From Candidatus Saccharimonadota bacterium (lineage in GTDB: Bacteria; Patescibacteriota; Saccharimonadia; CAILAD01; BJGX01), in contig JAXLZU010000001.1 of NCBI GenBank assembly GCA_046350735.1, positions 574,297-638,296 on the forward strand: DNA of 64,000 bases. The letters run 5' to 3'. Every line of letters starts with the position of its first letter. Position 1 is the first letter of the stretch. Shown here in pieces: positions 1 to 9,840 of this stretch. The notes beneath the pieces are model-generated. The model was not told the origin of the DNA, searched no databases, and saw only the letters and a program-made list of their open reading frames with translations. Both the position numbers and the translations under genes were made by a program.

Positions 1-633
1 GGGTACATGATACAGATTCACCCAACGGCTCATTATCCAAAAAAGTTCTACACACATTAATGCCCAAAGGCTCGATAATAACTGTGGTGTGTTAGAAAAA
101 TCGAGCAACCATGTTATTGCCACAAAGAAGGTAAAAAGCCAAACCAGCAATAATACGATTGCTACTGGCCAATGCCAAAAAGCAATGAGTAGACTTGCAA
201 AACTAATACCAAGAAATACCAAAGCTAGAGAAAGTGTATTCTCAATAAGTACGTTTGGCTCGAGTGATATATCTTGCCAGATAATCACACAATAACCTCC
301 CATAATTAATACGCTTAAAAGCACAAACCAAACAATTGGTATTAAAAAGAGCAGATGGATTGTGTAAATATACCCAAAACTTACCAACAACCAAAGACAA
401 GGACGTATTATCTTGGCAAGTACATAGGTCTGTTTTTTGCTTATCAATATCCGTCGTAAGAGCAAATAATTTGCTGCAATAACTATTGGCACTAGGAGTA
501 TTTGTAGCGTTGAATAGTACAGAAGTGCAATAATAACTACTACCTGTACAACACTAAAAAAGCCAATAAGTCGTTGGTCGCGACTACCTAGCTCAATACG
601 TTTTAGTTTATCTCTAAGGTTTATAGTTAGCTC
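1..633 (-). CDS. Multi-pass membrane protein, partial (runs off window start; start codon uncertain)
   Basis: Read by hand: frame open from 633 to 1 with hydrophobic segments (IGFFSVVQVVVIIALLYY, LIAFWHWPVAIVLLLVWLF). First canonical start is GTG at 492; ATA at 624 follows AGGAG. Confidence 0.65.
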
Positions 634-2059
634 CTACAATAATTGCTATATCAACGCCCGGTGCTGGAGCGGTCGAAGGATCGGCCGAAGTTGCGCTCAC
701 ACCAAAACGTCGCTGCAGATATTGTAGCGTATATGGTTTCTTGCCGCCAGTGTAATCGATAATCTGACTCGACTTGTGTGTCGTGGTATCGGCTGGAGTG
801 ACACTACTAATGGTGTAGCCATATGATTTGAGCAGATCGGCCGTAGCCTGCCCGCGAGTTGCAATAGCCGTACCATTTTCGATTGCCAGATTGGCTGCCT
901 CGGCCTTAATATACCCATCTACAAACAATTGACGTACATACGCCTGTATAGCGGAGTAGTTATTAATGCCAGCAGATGGAATTACAACACTGGCATCACC
1001 CACCATGGCTGTCTTTACCAAGCCATTATTACTATTGTCCAAAACGGTATTGGTAATTTTGGTAGTATCCACACCCTTGGCAATCTCTGCCAGACGTTCA
1101 ATCTCATTGAGTTGCAAATCAGTACGAACATTATTGCCAATTATCTGCAATACATCGTTAATTTTAGCTGGGTTAGAGAAGAAACTCAGGGTAGTAGCTT
1201 TTTGACGTAGAGCAACTAAAATATCTTGTTGTCGGCGCGCGCGACCAAAATCGTCTCCACAATCTCCCTTACGACAACGCACATACTTTAGAGCGGCACT
1301 GCCATTAAAGTGTTGGGGTCCCGCCATTACAGAATAGCCGCAACTAAGACTCTCGTTTTTCTCACACGGATATTCTGGGTCGACAAGCGTTTTTGGTACT
1401 ACTACGTCTACACCACCGACCGTATCAACAGCTTGTTTTAATCCAGTAAAATCTACGCGAATAAAATAGTGAATAGGAATACCAAGCACCTGACTTACCG
1501 TTTGCTTAGCTACTTCTGGCCCGCTGTCTTTCTTGTTTTGCTCGCCATAATAGTACGCGGTATTAATTTTTACCATACTACCATAGACTTTTACATAAAG
1601 ATCACGCGGGAGGCTAAGCATAGCCACATCTTTAGTCTTAGGATCGTAACTAGCTACCATAATTGTATCGGTCAAAGTTTCTCCTGCATGGCCAGGGTCG
1701 CCAATACCGAGTAATAAGATATTAACTCGCCCATCACCTTCACCTTTTAATTTTTCTGGAGCAATTGGTGCTGATTGCAATCCTTGCGCAGCTTCTCCGC
1801 TGTTTTTTTGAATGACTTTATGAATCTGAGCATATGTTCGATAAGCAAAATACCCCCCTACTACAACAAAAACTAGAAAGATTACCAAAACTACCCATGG
1901 CCACTTACGACGTTTTTTGTGTTTCTTCTTGTCTGGTGAGTCAATTTTTTGTTGCATAAAAGGCGGCATTCCATCTGAAGAATTGCTAGATTTAGTAGCG
2001 CTATGTGCTTCTGTGCTAGCCGATTCGGCTGTATTCTTTGGTGTGTCACCGTTATTCAT
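614..2059 (-). CDS. LCP family cell-wall polymer ligase with C-terminal LytR_C domain
   Basis: TM anchor; NILLLGIG, TDTIMVAS, SLPRDLYV, DFGRARRQQ motifs; C-terminal IENGT...DIAIIVGANY. Confidence 0.93.
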   Translation of the reverse strand: MNNGDTPKNTAESASTEAHSATKSSNSSDGMPPFMQQKIDSPDKKKHKKRRKWPWVVLVIFLVFVVVGGYFAYRTYAQIHKVIQKNSGEAAQGLQSAPIAPEKLKGEGDGRVNILLLGIGDPGHAGETLTDTIMVASYDPKTKDVAMLSLPRDLYVKVYGSMVKINTAYYYGEQNKKDSGPEVAKQTVSQVLGIPIHYFIRVDFTGLKQAVDTVGGVDVVVPKTLVDPEYPCEKNESLSCGYSVMAGPQHFNGSAALKYVRCRKGDCGDDFGRARRQQDILVALRQKATTLSFFSNPAKINDVLQIIGNNVRTDLQLNEIERLAEIAKGVDTTKITNTVLDNSNNGLVKTAMVGDASVVIPSAGINNYSAIQAYVRQLFVDGYIKAEAANLAIENGTAIATRGQATADLLKSYGYTISSVTPADTTTHKSSQIIDYTGGKKPYTLQYLQRRFGVSATSADPSTAPAPGVDIAIIVGANYKP

Positions 2060-2149
2060 AAGCTTTCATTATAGACCAGCCGGCCAAGTATGCAAAAAGA
2101 CGGCTATGTTTTGATATTTTTTGAGAAAATCTGTCTATAATGGAAAGAT

Positions 2150-3037
2150 ATGAATCCTAATGATCCAAAGCCCGAAAATAACGAAGAGCCAGAGCGAGTC
2201 TATCTTTCTGAAGAAGAATTGCCAAAACCCGGTGGCGTTATAAAACCTCAGACTGAAGCAGAAAAAGCAGCCCAAGAAGCGGCGGCCGCCCAAGCCGCGG
2301 CTGACAATACCAAGTACAATAAAGATATTGAGTCACTGCATGCACCGGCAAACGATGAATCTACTCAAGACGAAGAACCTAAGAAAAAGCACTGGTGGCA
2401 ATTTGGTGGTATCTTTGGTGAGCTAGTTATTTGGGGAATTATTACGGTCGCTATCGTTCTTATTATTCAGAATTTTATTTTCCAAGCCTTCTATGTATCT
2501 GGCAACTCAATGAACCCCGACTACCACAATAACGATTATCTAATAATTTCCAAACTTCCCATTACTTGGTATGACATTGCCAAGCTCTGGGGTACAAAAA
2601 ACATGGATATTAAAAGAGGCGATGTGCTTATTTTTCGCTACCCCAATGCACCAGAAACATTCTTTATTAAACGAGCTATTGCCCTACCTGGCGAGAGGGT
2701 TACGCTAAAAAATGGCGTTTACACAATTTATAATAAAGAGCACCCAGAGGGTTTTGTTCTCAAAGAAGATTATGTCGATCCTCAATATGTTACCGAAGGT
2801 GATATAGATGAGGTAGTAGAGCAACAGCACGTATTTGTATCGGGCGACAATCGCAGTCCTGGTGGTAGCTTTGATAGCCGTGCCTGGGGCCAGCTAGACC
2901 AAAAGTTTATTACTGGTTTTGCCAATGTGCGACTCTTACCAATTAACGCCTTTAAGTTACTCTTTCGCCCAGACTATAACAGTTCGAACCCAAATAATAG
3001 TACAAATTCTACTCAGCCAACAACCAATTCTCAATAA
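2150..3037 (+). CDS. lepB: Signal peptidase I
   Basis: VSGNSMNP (catalytic Ser), FIKRAIALPGE (Lys), GDNR..SFDSRAWG. Confidence 0.95.
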   Translation: MNPNDPKPENNEEPERVYLSEEELPKPGGVIKPQTEAEKAAQEAAAAQAAADNTKYNKDIESLHAPANDESTQDEEPKKKHWWQFGGIFGELVIWGIITVAIVLIIQNFIFQAFYVSGNSMNPDYHNNDYLIISKLPITWYDIAKLWGTKNMDIKRGDVLIFRYPNAPETFFIKRAIALPGERVTLKNGVYTIYNKEHPEGFVLKEDYVDPQYVTEGDIDEVVEQQHVFVSGDNRSPGGSFDSRAWGQLDQKFITGFANVRLLPINAFKLLFRPDYNSSNPNNSTNSTQPTTNSQ

Positions 3038-3043
3038 TCCGTA

Positions 3044-3949
3044 TTATTCTTTGCCCAATATTTGGTTATAGATTCTGCCAAGTTCTTCGTCGCTATAATA
3101 TTCTATTTGTAATTTACCCCCCTTAGCAGTACGCAACAAGCCCACCTTAGTACCAAGATATTTACCGAGGTCTTTGGTAATTTGAGTTTGTTGAGCTTTG
3201 GCTTCGCGCACCTTACTACGTTTAATCTCTACCCCGCCCTTAAAATCACGAGCAGCTTCTTCGGTAGCACGTACAGTAAGATCGTGCTTAATAATGTAAG
3301 CGAGAAAAGTATCTTGTGCCTCTACTGGCAAGGCTAATAGCTGACGAGCGTGGCCTTCAGTAATTTTACCCTCCTGCAATGCCTGCTTACCCTTTGGGGT
3401 TAGCTTGAGCAAACGAATAGAGTTGGTAATAGTAGATTCCGCTTTCCCGACAGAAGCACCAATTTTGGCATGAGTCATATTAAACTGATCTACTAATTTA
3501 GAATACGCTACCGAGAGTTCGAGTGGCTTTAGGTCTGATCGCTGTACGTTTTCCAAAATTGCTATCTCTAGCTGTTGCTGCTCGGTGAGAGTTCTAACTA
3601 CTGCTGGTACTTTTTTTAGTCCAGCGAGTTTTGCCGCACGCAAACGACGTTCGCCTGCTATTAATTGATAGCGCCAATCGTTTTCGGCAGTTACTACCAG
3701 TGGTTGTACAACACCATGTTTTTTTATACTTTCAGCTAACTGCGCAAGTTCATCCTCATCAAATTGCGAGCGTGGTTGGTGTGGATTGGTATCAATCGCA
3801 CTAATATCTATTTCATTAACATTACCAGAATTTAACTTGGCAGCTGCTGGCAAGCTCTCACTAGCAAAATCATCAATATGTTCTATTTCTGTAGGTATAA
3901 GTGCATCAAGCCCTTTACCTAGTCGATTCGAATTATTTTGTGCTGACAC
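3044..3949 (-). CDS. parB: ParB/Spo0J partition protein
   Basis: LGKGLDALI, NPHQPR, IAGERRLRA, ENVQRSDL. Confidence 0.96.
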   Translation of the reverse strand: MSAQNNSNRLGKGLDALIPTEIEHIDDFASESLPAAAKLNSGNVNEIDISAIDTNPHQPRSQFDEDELAQLAESIKKHGVVQPLVVTAENDWRYQLIAGERRLRAAKLAGLKKVPAVVRTLTEQQQLEIAILENVQRSDLKPLELSVAYSKLVDQFNMTHAKIGASVGKAESTITNSIRLLKLTPKGKQALQEGKITEGHARQLLALPVEAQDTFLAYIIKHDLTVRATEEAARDFKGGVEIKRSKVREAKAQQTQITKDLGKYLGTKVGLLRTAKGGKLQIEYYSDEELGRIYNQILGKE

Positions 3950-4697
3950 GACTTGAAATCTCCTTACTCAAACGTTTATAGGCCATTGCGCCCCGGCAAA
4001 ACCTATCATAATACACAATTGGTTTGCCATGACTGGGTGCTTCAGCCAATCGTATATTGCGTGGTACTCTGCTGTCAAATACCAGTGCACCGAAGTGTTT
4101 TTTTAGCTCCTCGGTAACTTGACCTCCCAGACTAGTACGGCCATCATACATAGTTACCACTACACCAAGAATGTGTAGTTTGGGGTTAAGCATCTGCCGA
4201 ACCCGCTTAACTGTTTGTAAAAGCTGGCCTAAGCCCTCGAGAGCATAATATTCAGCCTGCACGGGTATTAAAAGCGAGTCTGCAGCTACCAACCCATTTA
4301 GTGTTAGTAGACCAAGAGAAGGTGGACAATCAATAAATATATAGTCGTAATCGAGTTTTTGCAAAACAGCCTGCAGGCTATACTCACGACGAGGGCGTGT
4401 GGCCAGCTCTACCTCGGCAGCTGCTAGGCTAGAAGTAGTAGGCAAAAGTGAGAGATTTTTAAATTCGGTCTGCACTATTACCCCTGCAGGGTCTGTGCCG
4501 CCAATCAATACTTCATAGAGACCATGTTGCAGGGCCGATTTGTCTATGCCAAGCCCACTGCTGGTGTTGCCCTGCGGGTCGAGATCGCAGAGCAACACAC
4601 GTGCACCGTTCTTAGCCAAATAAGCCGCCACATTTATGGTTGTGGTGGTTTTGCCTACTCCGCCCTTCTGGTTAGCAACTGCTATTATACGACTCAA
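3933..4697 (-). CDS. parA: ParA/Soj ATPase (start TTG 4697 after AAGGAAGGG)
   Basis: NQKGGVGKTT, DLDPQGN, DCPPSLG, LAEAPSHG. Confidence 0.96.
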   Translation of the reverse strand: MSRIIAVANQKGGVGKTTTTINVAAYLAKNGARVLLCDLDPQGNTSSGLGIDKSALQHGLYEVLIGGTDPAGVIVQTEFKNLSLLPTTSSLAAAEVELATRPRREYSLQAVLQKLDYDYIFIDCPPSLGLLTLNGLVAADSLLIPVQAEYYALEGLGQLLQTVKRVRQMLNPKLHILGVVVTMYDGRTSLGGQVTEELKKHFGALVFDSRVPRNIRLAEAPSHGKPIVYYDRFCRGAMAYKRLSKEISSRVSTK

Positions 4698-4869
4698 ATT
4701 CACCCTTCCTTTTGTCTTTGTAGTATAGCATATTTTGCGTATAGTTTCAGATAGCATGTACGAATTTTACCCGAACAAAAGCGGAGGCTAAAATACTTTA
4801 CAGGTTGGTTGCTTTCTGCTACAATCAATAACTATCACTTAGATATAACAAGGACAACTTGAGAAAATT

Positions 4870-5178
4870 ATGAAAGCTGTAATCGAAACCGGTTCTAAAC
4901 AATATATTGTAGAAAAAGGCCAAACATTAGAGGTAGAGCTTTTGCATGCCGAAAAACCAACTGTCGAGTTTAAGCCACTCTTGCTTATAGATGGCGAAAA
5001 TATTACTGTTGGTAAGCCAATTGTTGATGGTGCCCTGGTAACAGCAGAGGTTGCACCAGAAACCAAGAAAGGCCAAAAAATTACTGTCTTACACTACAAG
5101 CCTAAAAAACGCCAAAGCGTTAAAACTGGTCACCGTCAGAAATATTCAGTTATTACTATAAAAGATATTAAAGCCTAA
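4870..5178 (+). CDS. rplU: 50S ribosomal protein L21
   Basis: AVIETGSKQYIV...GHRQKYS. Confidence 0.96.
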   Translation: MKAVIETGSKQYIVEKGQTLEVELLHAEKPTVEFKPLLLIDGENITVGKPIVDGALVTAEVAPETKKGQKITVLHYKPKKRQSVKTGHRQKYSVITIKDIKA

Positions 5179-5199
5179 TATCGAGTATTTGGCTCTTAT

Positions 5200-5230
5200 A
5201 AAAAACCACTCTCACGATAGTGGTTTTTTT
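5200..5230. terminator. Bidirectional intrinsic terminator between rplU and lipase
   Basis: aaaaaaccact-N8-agtggtttttt between convergent genes. Confidence 0.8.
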
Positions 5231-5239
5231 GTGTCATCA

Positions 5240-6703
5240 CTACTTGCAGTTGTTAGGCACCTTACCCCCAGCAATAAGTGTGTTCATCCAGGCAAGAGTA
5301 TCCTTAAAACTTGCATTCATGGTTTGGTAATGATCTACCAGACCAGTTGGATTATATGCCTGCACGGCAAATGGGCTTTTGTTGTAATTACGGTAGGTAA
5401 CACTATTGCCACTCGAGCAAAACCGTTTAAAGGCAGATTGGCTTTGGATGGGCAAAATTACATTGTCGTGGAGACCTTGATTAAGTAGCAAGGGTGTTGA
5501 CCTACCCACTGACCCAGTAATATTCTTAGCCATATCGGCAGCAAACTGTCGGTAGTTAGGGTCATTTGCAATATTACCGCTCTTGGCAGCAGCAATAAAT
5601 TCTGGTGTGTAGACCAGGCCCGAGCGATTGGTACCAATATTGTTGGGCCAAAATCTATCGGCTGTATCAATACATTCGCGTAATACATCGCTGCGCAGAT
5701 TCTGCGTCCACTGAGGCATAAGAATCTTGTCGACCGGGTAATTGTGCTTATACCAATCTTGATAACTAACCAGCACAAATGGTCCAAACCAATTAATATT
5801 GGCGTTGGCGGTAATTGCATCGGTAAGTGTCTGAGAAACATCGGTAACCGGGCCAAATCCTATTGCCCCGGCAAGGGATATGTCGGGCGCATAACTCGGT
5901 GCAATTTGGTTGGCCCAATATGCAGCATGTCCACCCTGGCTATAACCACCAACAAAAATTGCTTTATCATTTATATTACTCTTGGTAGCATCGAGATTAC
6001 GTAACGCCCTAACACTATCGAGCACCGCCTTGCCTTCGAGCTCACCCACCATATAATGATGAATCCTCGATGGGTCGCGCATACCCTCGTAGTCAGTAAT
6101 AACCACCACATAGCCTTGGCTAGCATACGCTGCCATCTTGCTATCATAATTTGCCCAGTCGCGTTTGGCAGGATTCTCGAGCGAGGCAGCGCAATCATCA
6201 CCTATCCCAGTTGTACCTGGTGCAAAAGCAAGTACTGGTAATGTTTTGCCAGTACTATTTTGTGGCCAATAGACTCGGCCATATATGGGCACGGTAGATG
6301 AGGTACCGTCAGAGCTTGTATAGCGAATAACTTGTTTTTGTATACCAACCGGTACAGGTATATCGAAGTTTTTATTCGTTTGTTTTATCAGAGCTAGAGT
6401 CTGTGAAGCATCATAACTAACAGGTGGGTCTGATGATACTATTTTGCCCGTCTCGGGTTGATTAGCAACCGGGGCTGGCTGGCTAGTTTGTGGTTGAGTA
6501 GCGGCTGGCTTGGGCTTATTAAGCCAGGTAAACAAAAAGACACCGCCTATTACCACAGCAAATGAAGCTACGAATATTAGTGACGCCAATATCCAATTAC
6601 GACGTTTTTTGGTTGGAAGATTAATTTGACTCATTGGCATATGTAGATTAATATCTGGCGGACGCTTTTTTGATGGTTTGGCTTTTTTCTTTGCATAACT
6701 CAT
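5240..6703 (-). CDS. Membrane-anchored secretory lipase (LIP-type alpha/beta hydrolase)
   Basis: APGTTGIGDDCA, GYVVVITDYEG, GYSQGG nucleophile elbow, QGLHDNVI, N-terminal TM. Confidence 0.85.
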   Translation of the reverse strand: MSYAKKKAKPSKKRPPDINLHMPMSQINLPTKKRRNWILASLIFVASFAVVIGGVFLFTWLNKPKPAATQPQTSQPAPVANQPETGKIVSSDPPVSYDASQTLALIKQTNKNFDIPVPVGIQKQVIRYTSSDGTSSTVPIYGRVYWPQNSTGKTLPVLAFAPGTTGIGDDCAASLENPAKRDWANYDSKMAAYASQGYVVVITDYEGMRDPSRIHHYMVGELEGKAVLDSVRALRNLDATKSNINDKAIFVGGYSQGGHAAYWANQIAPSYAPDISLAGAIGFGPVTDVSQTLTDAITANANINWFGPFVLVSYQDWYKHNYPVDKILMPQWTQNLRSDVLRECIDTADRFWPNNIGTNRSGLVYTPEFIAAAKSGNIANDPNYRQFAADMAKNITGSVGRSTPLLLNQGLHDNVILPIQSQSAFKRFCSSGNSVTYRNYNKSPFAVQAYNPTGLVDHYQTMNASFKDTLAWMNTLIAGGKVPNNCK

Positions 6704-7185
6704 ACTAGCCTCTTGTGCATAGAATACATATCAACTCCGGCAATATATTCTGGTAAGATTTTATCAAACTCAAAGCCTTGACGCTCATAAAAATGTTGCT
6801 GATTATGTGTAATAAGCGATAATCCATCAACCTGTTTTTTCTGCAGCCTTTCTTCTGTAAATAGTAATAATTTCTTGCCCAATCCCTGTCCCCGATAGTC
6901 CGAGCCTACATACATCCAAAATAAAAATGCAGTATTATTTTTTTGAATGCCACTAAGACTGTAGCCAATTAGCTCGGCTCTATTATACAAACCCAACACA
7001 AGTCGCTTGGGGTGTAGAGTGGCCAATTGTAAGCGCGAGGGACGATTGTTCTGTCTAACCTCTGCTCGGTATACCGGAGAAAAATAGGCAAAGTCGGTTT
7101 CGAGCGCATGATTAAAGAGATTACTTAATCGTCCGCTATGATGAATAGGTATTGTGCGTATACGAATATCTTGGTGAGTGGGCAT
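6700..7185 (-). CDS. GNAT acetyltransferase
   Basis: YRGQGLGKKLL motif A; FYERQGF. Confidence 0.9.
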   Translation of the reverse strand: MPTHQDIRIRTIPIHHSGRLSNLFNHALETDFAYFSPVYRAEVRQNNRPSRLQLATLHPKRLVLGLYNRAELIGYSLSGIQKNNTAFLFWMYVGSDYRGQGLGKKLLLFTEERLQKKQVDGLSLITHNQQHFYERQGFEFDKILPEYIAGVDMYSMHKRLV

Positions 7186-7231
7186 ACTCTTTATTATACG
7201 TTTTAAAGACGGTGATAAGCAAAGTCTGTTA

Positions 7232-8776
7232 CTAAAAAAGACTAATTTGTTCTAGTTTTGTTGGCTTTGGCAGACTAAATTGCTGCAATACCTCAAAGAT
7301 TCGCACCATTGCATAGGTATCAAGCTGACAGTATTGACGTAAGTTTTCCATTATCTTATTGGTTTCGGCTTGCGAAAAAGCATTTTCGTAGACCGCCTGC
7401 ATCCATAGGCGCTGGGCACTTGCCCCTTCTTGAATATCCATATCACCATAACTCAGTTCTGGCGCTAATACCGGCAACACTTTTTTAATACTAGCAGAGC
7501 CGTAAAAGTCTTTATCGATATAATACCCTTTATCAAACGGCAACATCAAATCTACTACCCGGCTATTGACGTTACCAAGAAAGGTAGCATATTCTGGCTG
7601 CAATCTCCCCATGAGATCATTACACGACTTCTCAAAACCTTCGTACCATACCAATACTGTTCCACTTTCTCCTACATCTTGCTGCAACTGAGCGAGCAAC
7701 TCGGGCAATGGGTTGGTATCGAGCGTGTGCAAAAATTCTTTATGCTGCAAGTCTCCACCTGGCTTATCAATACTATGTAGCGAATACTGAAACGGCAATT
7801 GCTGGTATGGTTTAAGGCCGTCAAAAGGTGGTACCACCGAAGATAATGTTTCGTAATCTAAAAAATACAGTGGATATTGCAATGAGTCTACAAAACCACT
7901 AATTTTTTCGGGTTTAATAAGCGGTTCTTCTACCTTGGTGGCCTCTATCTGCCATTGCTGTTTCTTGCTCAGCTCAAAATTGTCTGGCACATCCTTAAGC
8001 GATGATATATGCATATCTTCTAATTGCCCTAACTGTTCTGGCGTTGGGCGGCAGAGCTTATAGATAGAATACGGGTCGTTATTAGGCTGCAAGGTTGCAA
8101 ATATCTCCAGCCATTCACGAAACGCACCTAGCTTAGCTCGGCGTGGTGTTGGGTCAGGCATTTCTTCTAGAGCAATTGTTTGCAGGGCTGCCAAAATAGT
8201 TCTATTGGTTTGCTCTAGCCGAGCTCGTACTTGGCTAGTAACATCTTGCTGAGCACTGAGCGATAATGCATCTATCTCACCTTGCCTAATATATTGATTG
8301 TTACAGTATATTACAGCAATATTGCGTACCGTATACCCAGATTTTTCTAAGACAGTTGCCTGAAAAGCAAGGTCTTCTATATGTTCTGGCTTTACCGAGG
8401 TAGAGCTTTTTATTTCGTATAGATCGAACACTTTGGCATCTACCCGCTCTATAACATCAACAATACATGTAATACTGTGCTCGCCAAAATCTGCCACAAA
8501 TCTACCTTGACTTAATTGATCTGCCCCATCTTGTATCGCCTTTTGTGTTCGCTCTGGCATAGATAGGTACTCGTCATAATTATTAAATCCCACCCGAGTT
8601 AGATTGTTAAATCGAGTCTCGGCATATTTCTCAAACAAGTTACCAGCATCAAATAATGCTTGCAAGTTAGCATCTGGCTCGGGGAGCTTCTTCTTATCGT
8701 GTTTTTTTAACCACAACCAAGCTGGATGTTTTAAAAACATTACATATTCAGATTTGCTGAGTTCGATTTTTGCCAT
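7232..8776 (-). CDS. DUF2779 domain protein (N-terminal PD-(D/E)xK-like, C-terminal RNase H-like)
   Basis: LSKS..., VDVI...YEIKSST, DLAFQ, YPLYFLDYET, YQQLPFQYS, YCQLDT; ATG 8776 is 7 nt after TATAAT. Confidence 0.85.
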   Translation of the reverse strand: MAKIELSKSEYVMFLKHPAWLWLKKHDKKKLPEPDANLQALFDAGNLFEKYAETRFNNLTRVGFNNYDEYLSMPERTQKAIQDGADQLSQGRFVADFGEHSITCIVDVIERVDAKVFDLYEIKSSTSVKPEHIEDLAFQATVLEKSGYTVRNIAVIYCNNQYIRQGEIDALSLSAQQDVTSQVRARLEQTNRTILAALQTIALEEMPDPTPRRAKLGAFREWLEIFATLQPNNDPYSIYKLCRPTPEQLGQLEDMHISSLKDVPDNFELSKKQQWQIEATKVEEPLIKPEKISGFVDSLQYPLYFLDYETLSSVVPPFDGLKPYQQLPFQYSLHSIDKPGGDLQHKEFLHTLDTNPLPELLAQLQQDVGESGTVLVWYEGFEKSCNDLMGRLQPEYATFLGNVNSRVVDLMLPFDKGYYIDKDFYGSASIKKVLPVLAPELSYGDMDIQEGASAQRLWMQAVYENAFSQAETNKIMENLRQYCQLDTYAMVRIFEVLQQFSLPKPTKLEQISLF

Positions 8777-8913
8777 TGTTTTATTATAACCCACCCCACC
8801 ACCTCAGCTGCACATAGTGCGATAAGTTTGTTATAATAATTGTCTACACTTCTCATTACTTAGTCTAATGAAGAAGAGATAAAGAGATAACCTTAGAGAG
8901 GAATACTAACGGG

Positions 8914-9840
8914 ATGAGTGAGAAAGTATACGACGTATTAATAATTGGTGCAGGGCCAGCCGGCTACACTGCTGCTATTTATACTGCTCGTGCTAATCTA
9001 TCTACGTTAATGATTGCTGGCGACACACCGGGCGGGCAGCTGTTGCTTACCTCTGAGGTAGAAAATTTTCCGGGATTTAAAGATGGTATTATGGGCCCAG
9101 AACTTATGGAAGAAATGAAAGCCCAGGCGGTGCGGTTTGGTACCGAGATGCGTACCGACTTTGTTACCAAAGTAGAACTCGAGGGTGATACTAAAAAAGT
9201 ATGGGTAGGTAACGACGAATATAATGCCAAGACGGTAATTATCTCTACCGGTGCATCAGCCAACTGGCTAGGGTTAGAAAACGAAACCAGATTAATGGGC
9301 AAAGGTATCTCGGCCTGTGCTACTTGTGATGGCTTCTTCTTTACCGACAAACACGTAGTAGTGGTTGGTGGTGGTGATAGTGCTATGGAAGAAGCCCTTA
9401 CCCTAGCTAAGTTTGCTAGCAAAGTTACAATTGTACACCGCCGTGACGAGTTCCGCGCCTCCAAAATTATGCAAGACAGAGTTAAAAATCACGACAAGAT
9501 CGATATTATCTGGAACAGCGAAGTAATAGATGTACTGGGTAACGATTTTGTATCTGGTGTAACCCTCAAAGATACCAAGACTGGCAATGAATCTAACTTT
9601 GCTTGTGAGGGACTGTTTGTAGCTATTGGCCATACTCCAGCAACTAGTCTTTTCAAGGATATTTTACCTACTAACGAAAAGGGGTATCTTGAAATCAATC
9701 ATGATACTTCTACCAAAATTTCTGGCGTATTTGCAGCTGGCGATGTTGCAGATAGTAGATACCGCCAAGCTATTACTGCTGCAGGTGAGGGCTGTAAAGC
9801 AGCACTAGAAGCCGAACACTATATTGAATCTAGCAAGTAG
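8914..9840 (+). CDS. trxB: Thioredoxin reductase
   Basis: GAGPAG, CATCDG, GGGDSA, AAGDV. Confidence 0.97.
   Translation: MSEKVYDVLIIGAGPAGYTAAIYTARANLSTLMIAGDTPGGQLLLTSEVENFPGFKDGIMGPELMEEMKAQAVRFGTEMRTDFVTKVELEGDTKKVWVGNDEYNAKTVIISTGASANWLGLENETRLMGKGISACATCDGFFFTDKHVVVVGGGDSAMEEALTLAKFASKVTIVHRRDEFRASKIMQDRVKNHDKIDIIWNSEVIDVLGNDFVSGVTLKDTKTGNESNFACEGLFVAIGHTPATSLFKDILPTNEKGYLEINHDTSTKISGVFAAGDVADSRYRQAITAAGEGCKAALEAEHYIESSK

Noticed and set aside
3044-4860. parS site near parAB
   Set aside because: No TGTTTCACGTGAAACA-like palindrome found by eye.
8845-8880. Imperfect inverted repeat upstream of trxB
   Set aside because: AT-rich, bulged and without a U-tract or recognisable operator consensus.
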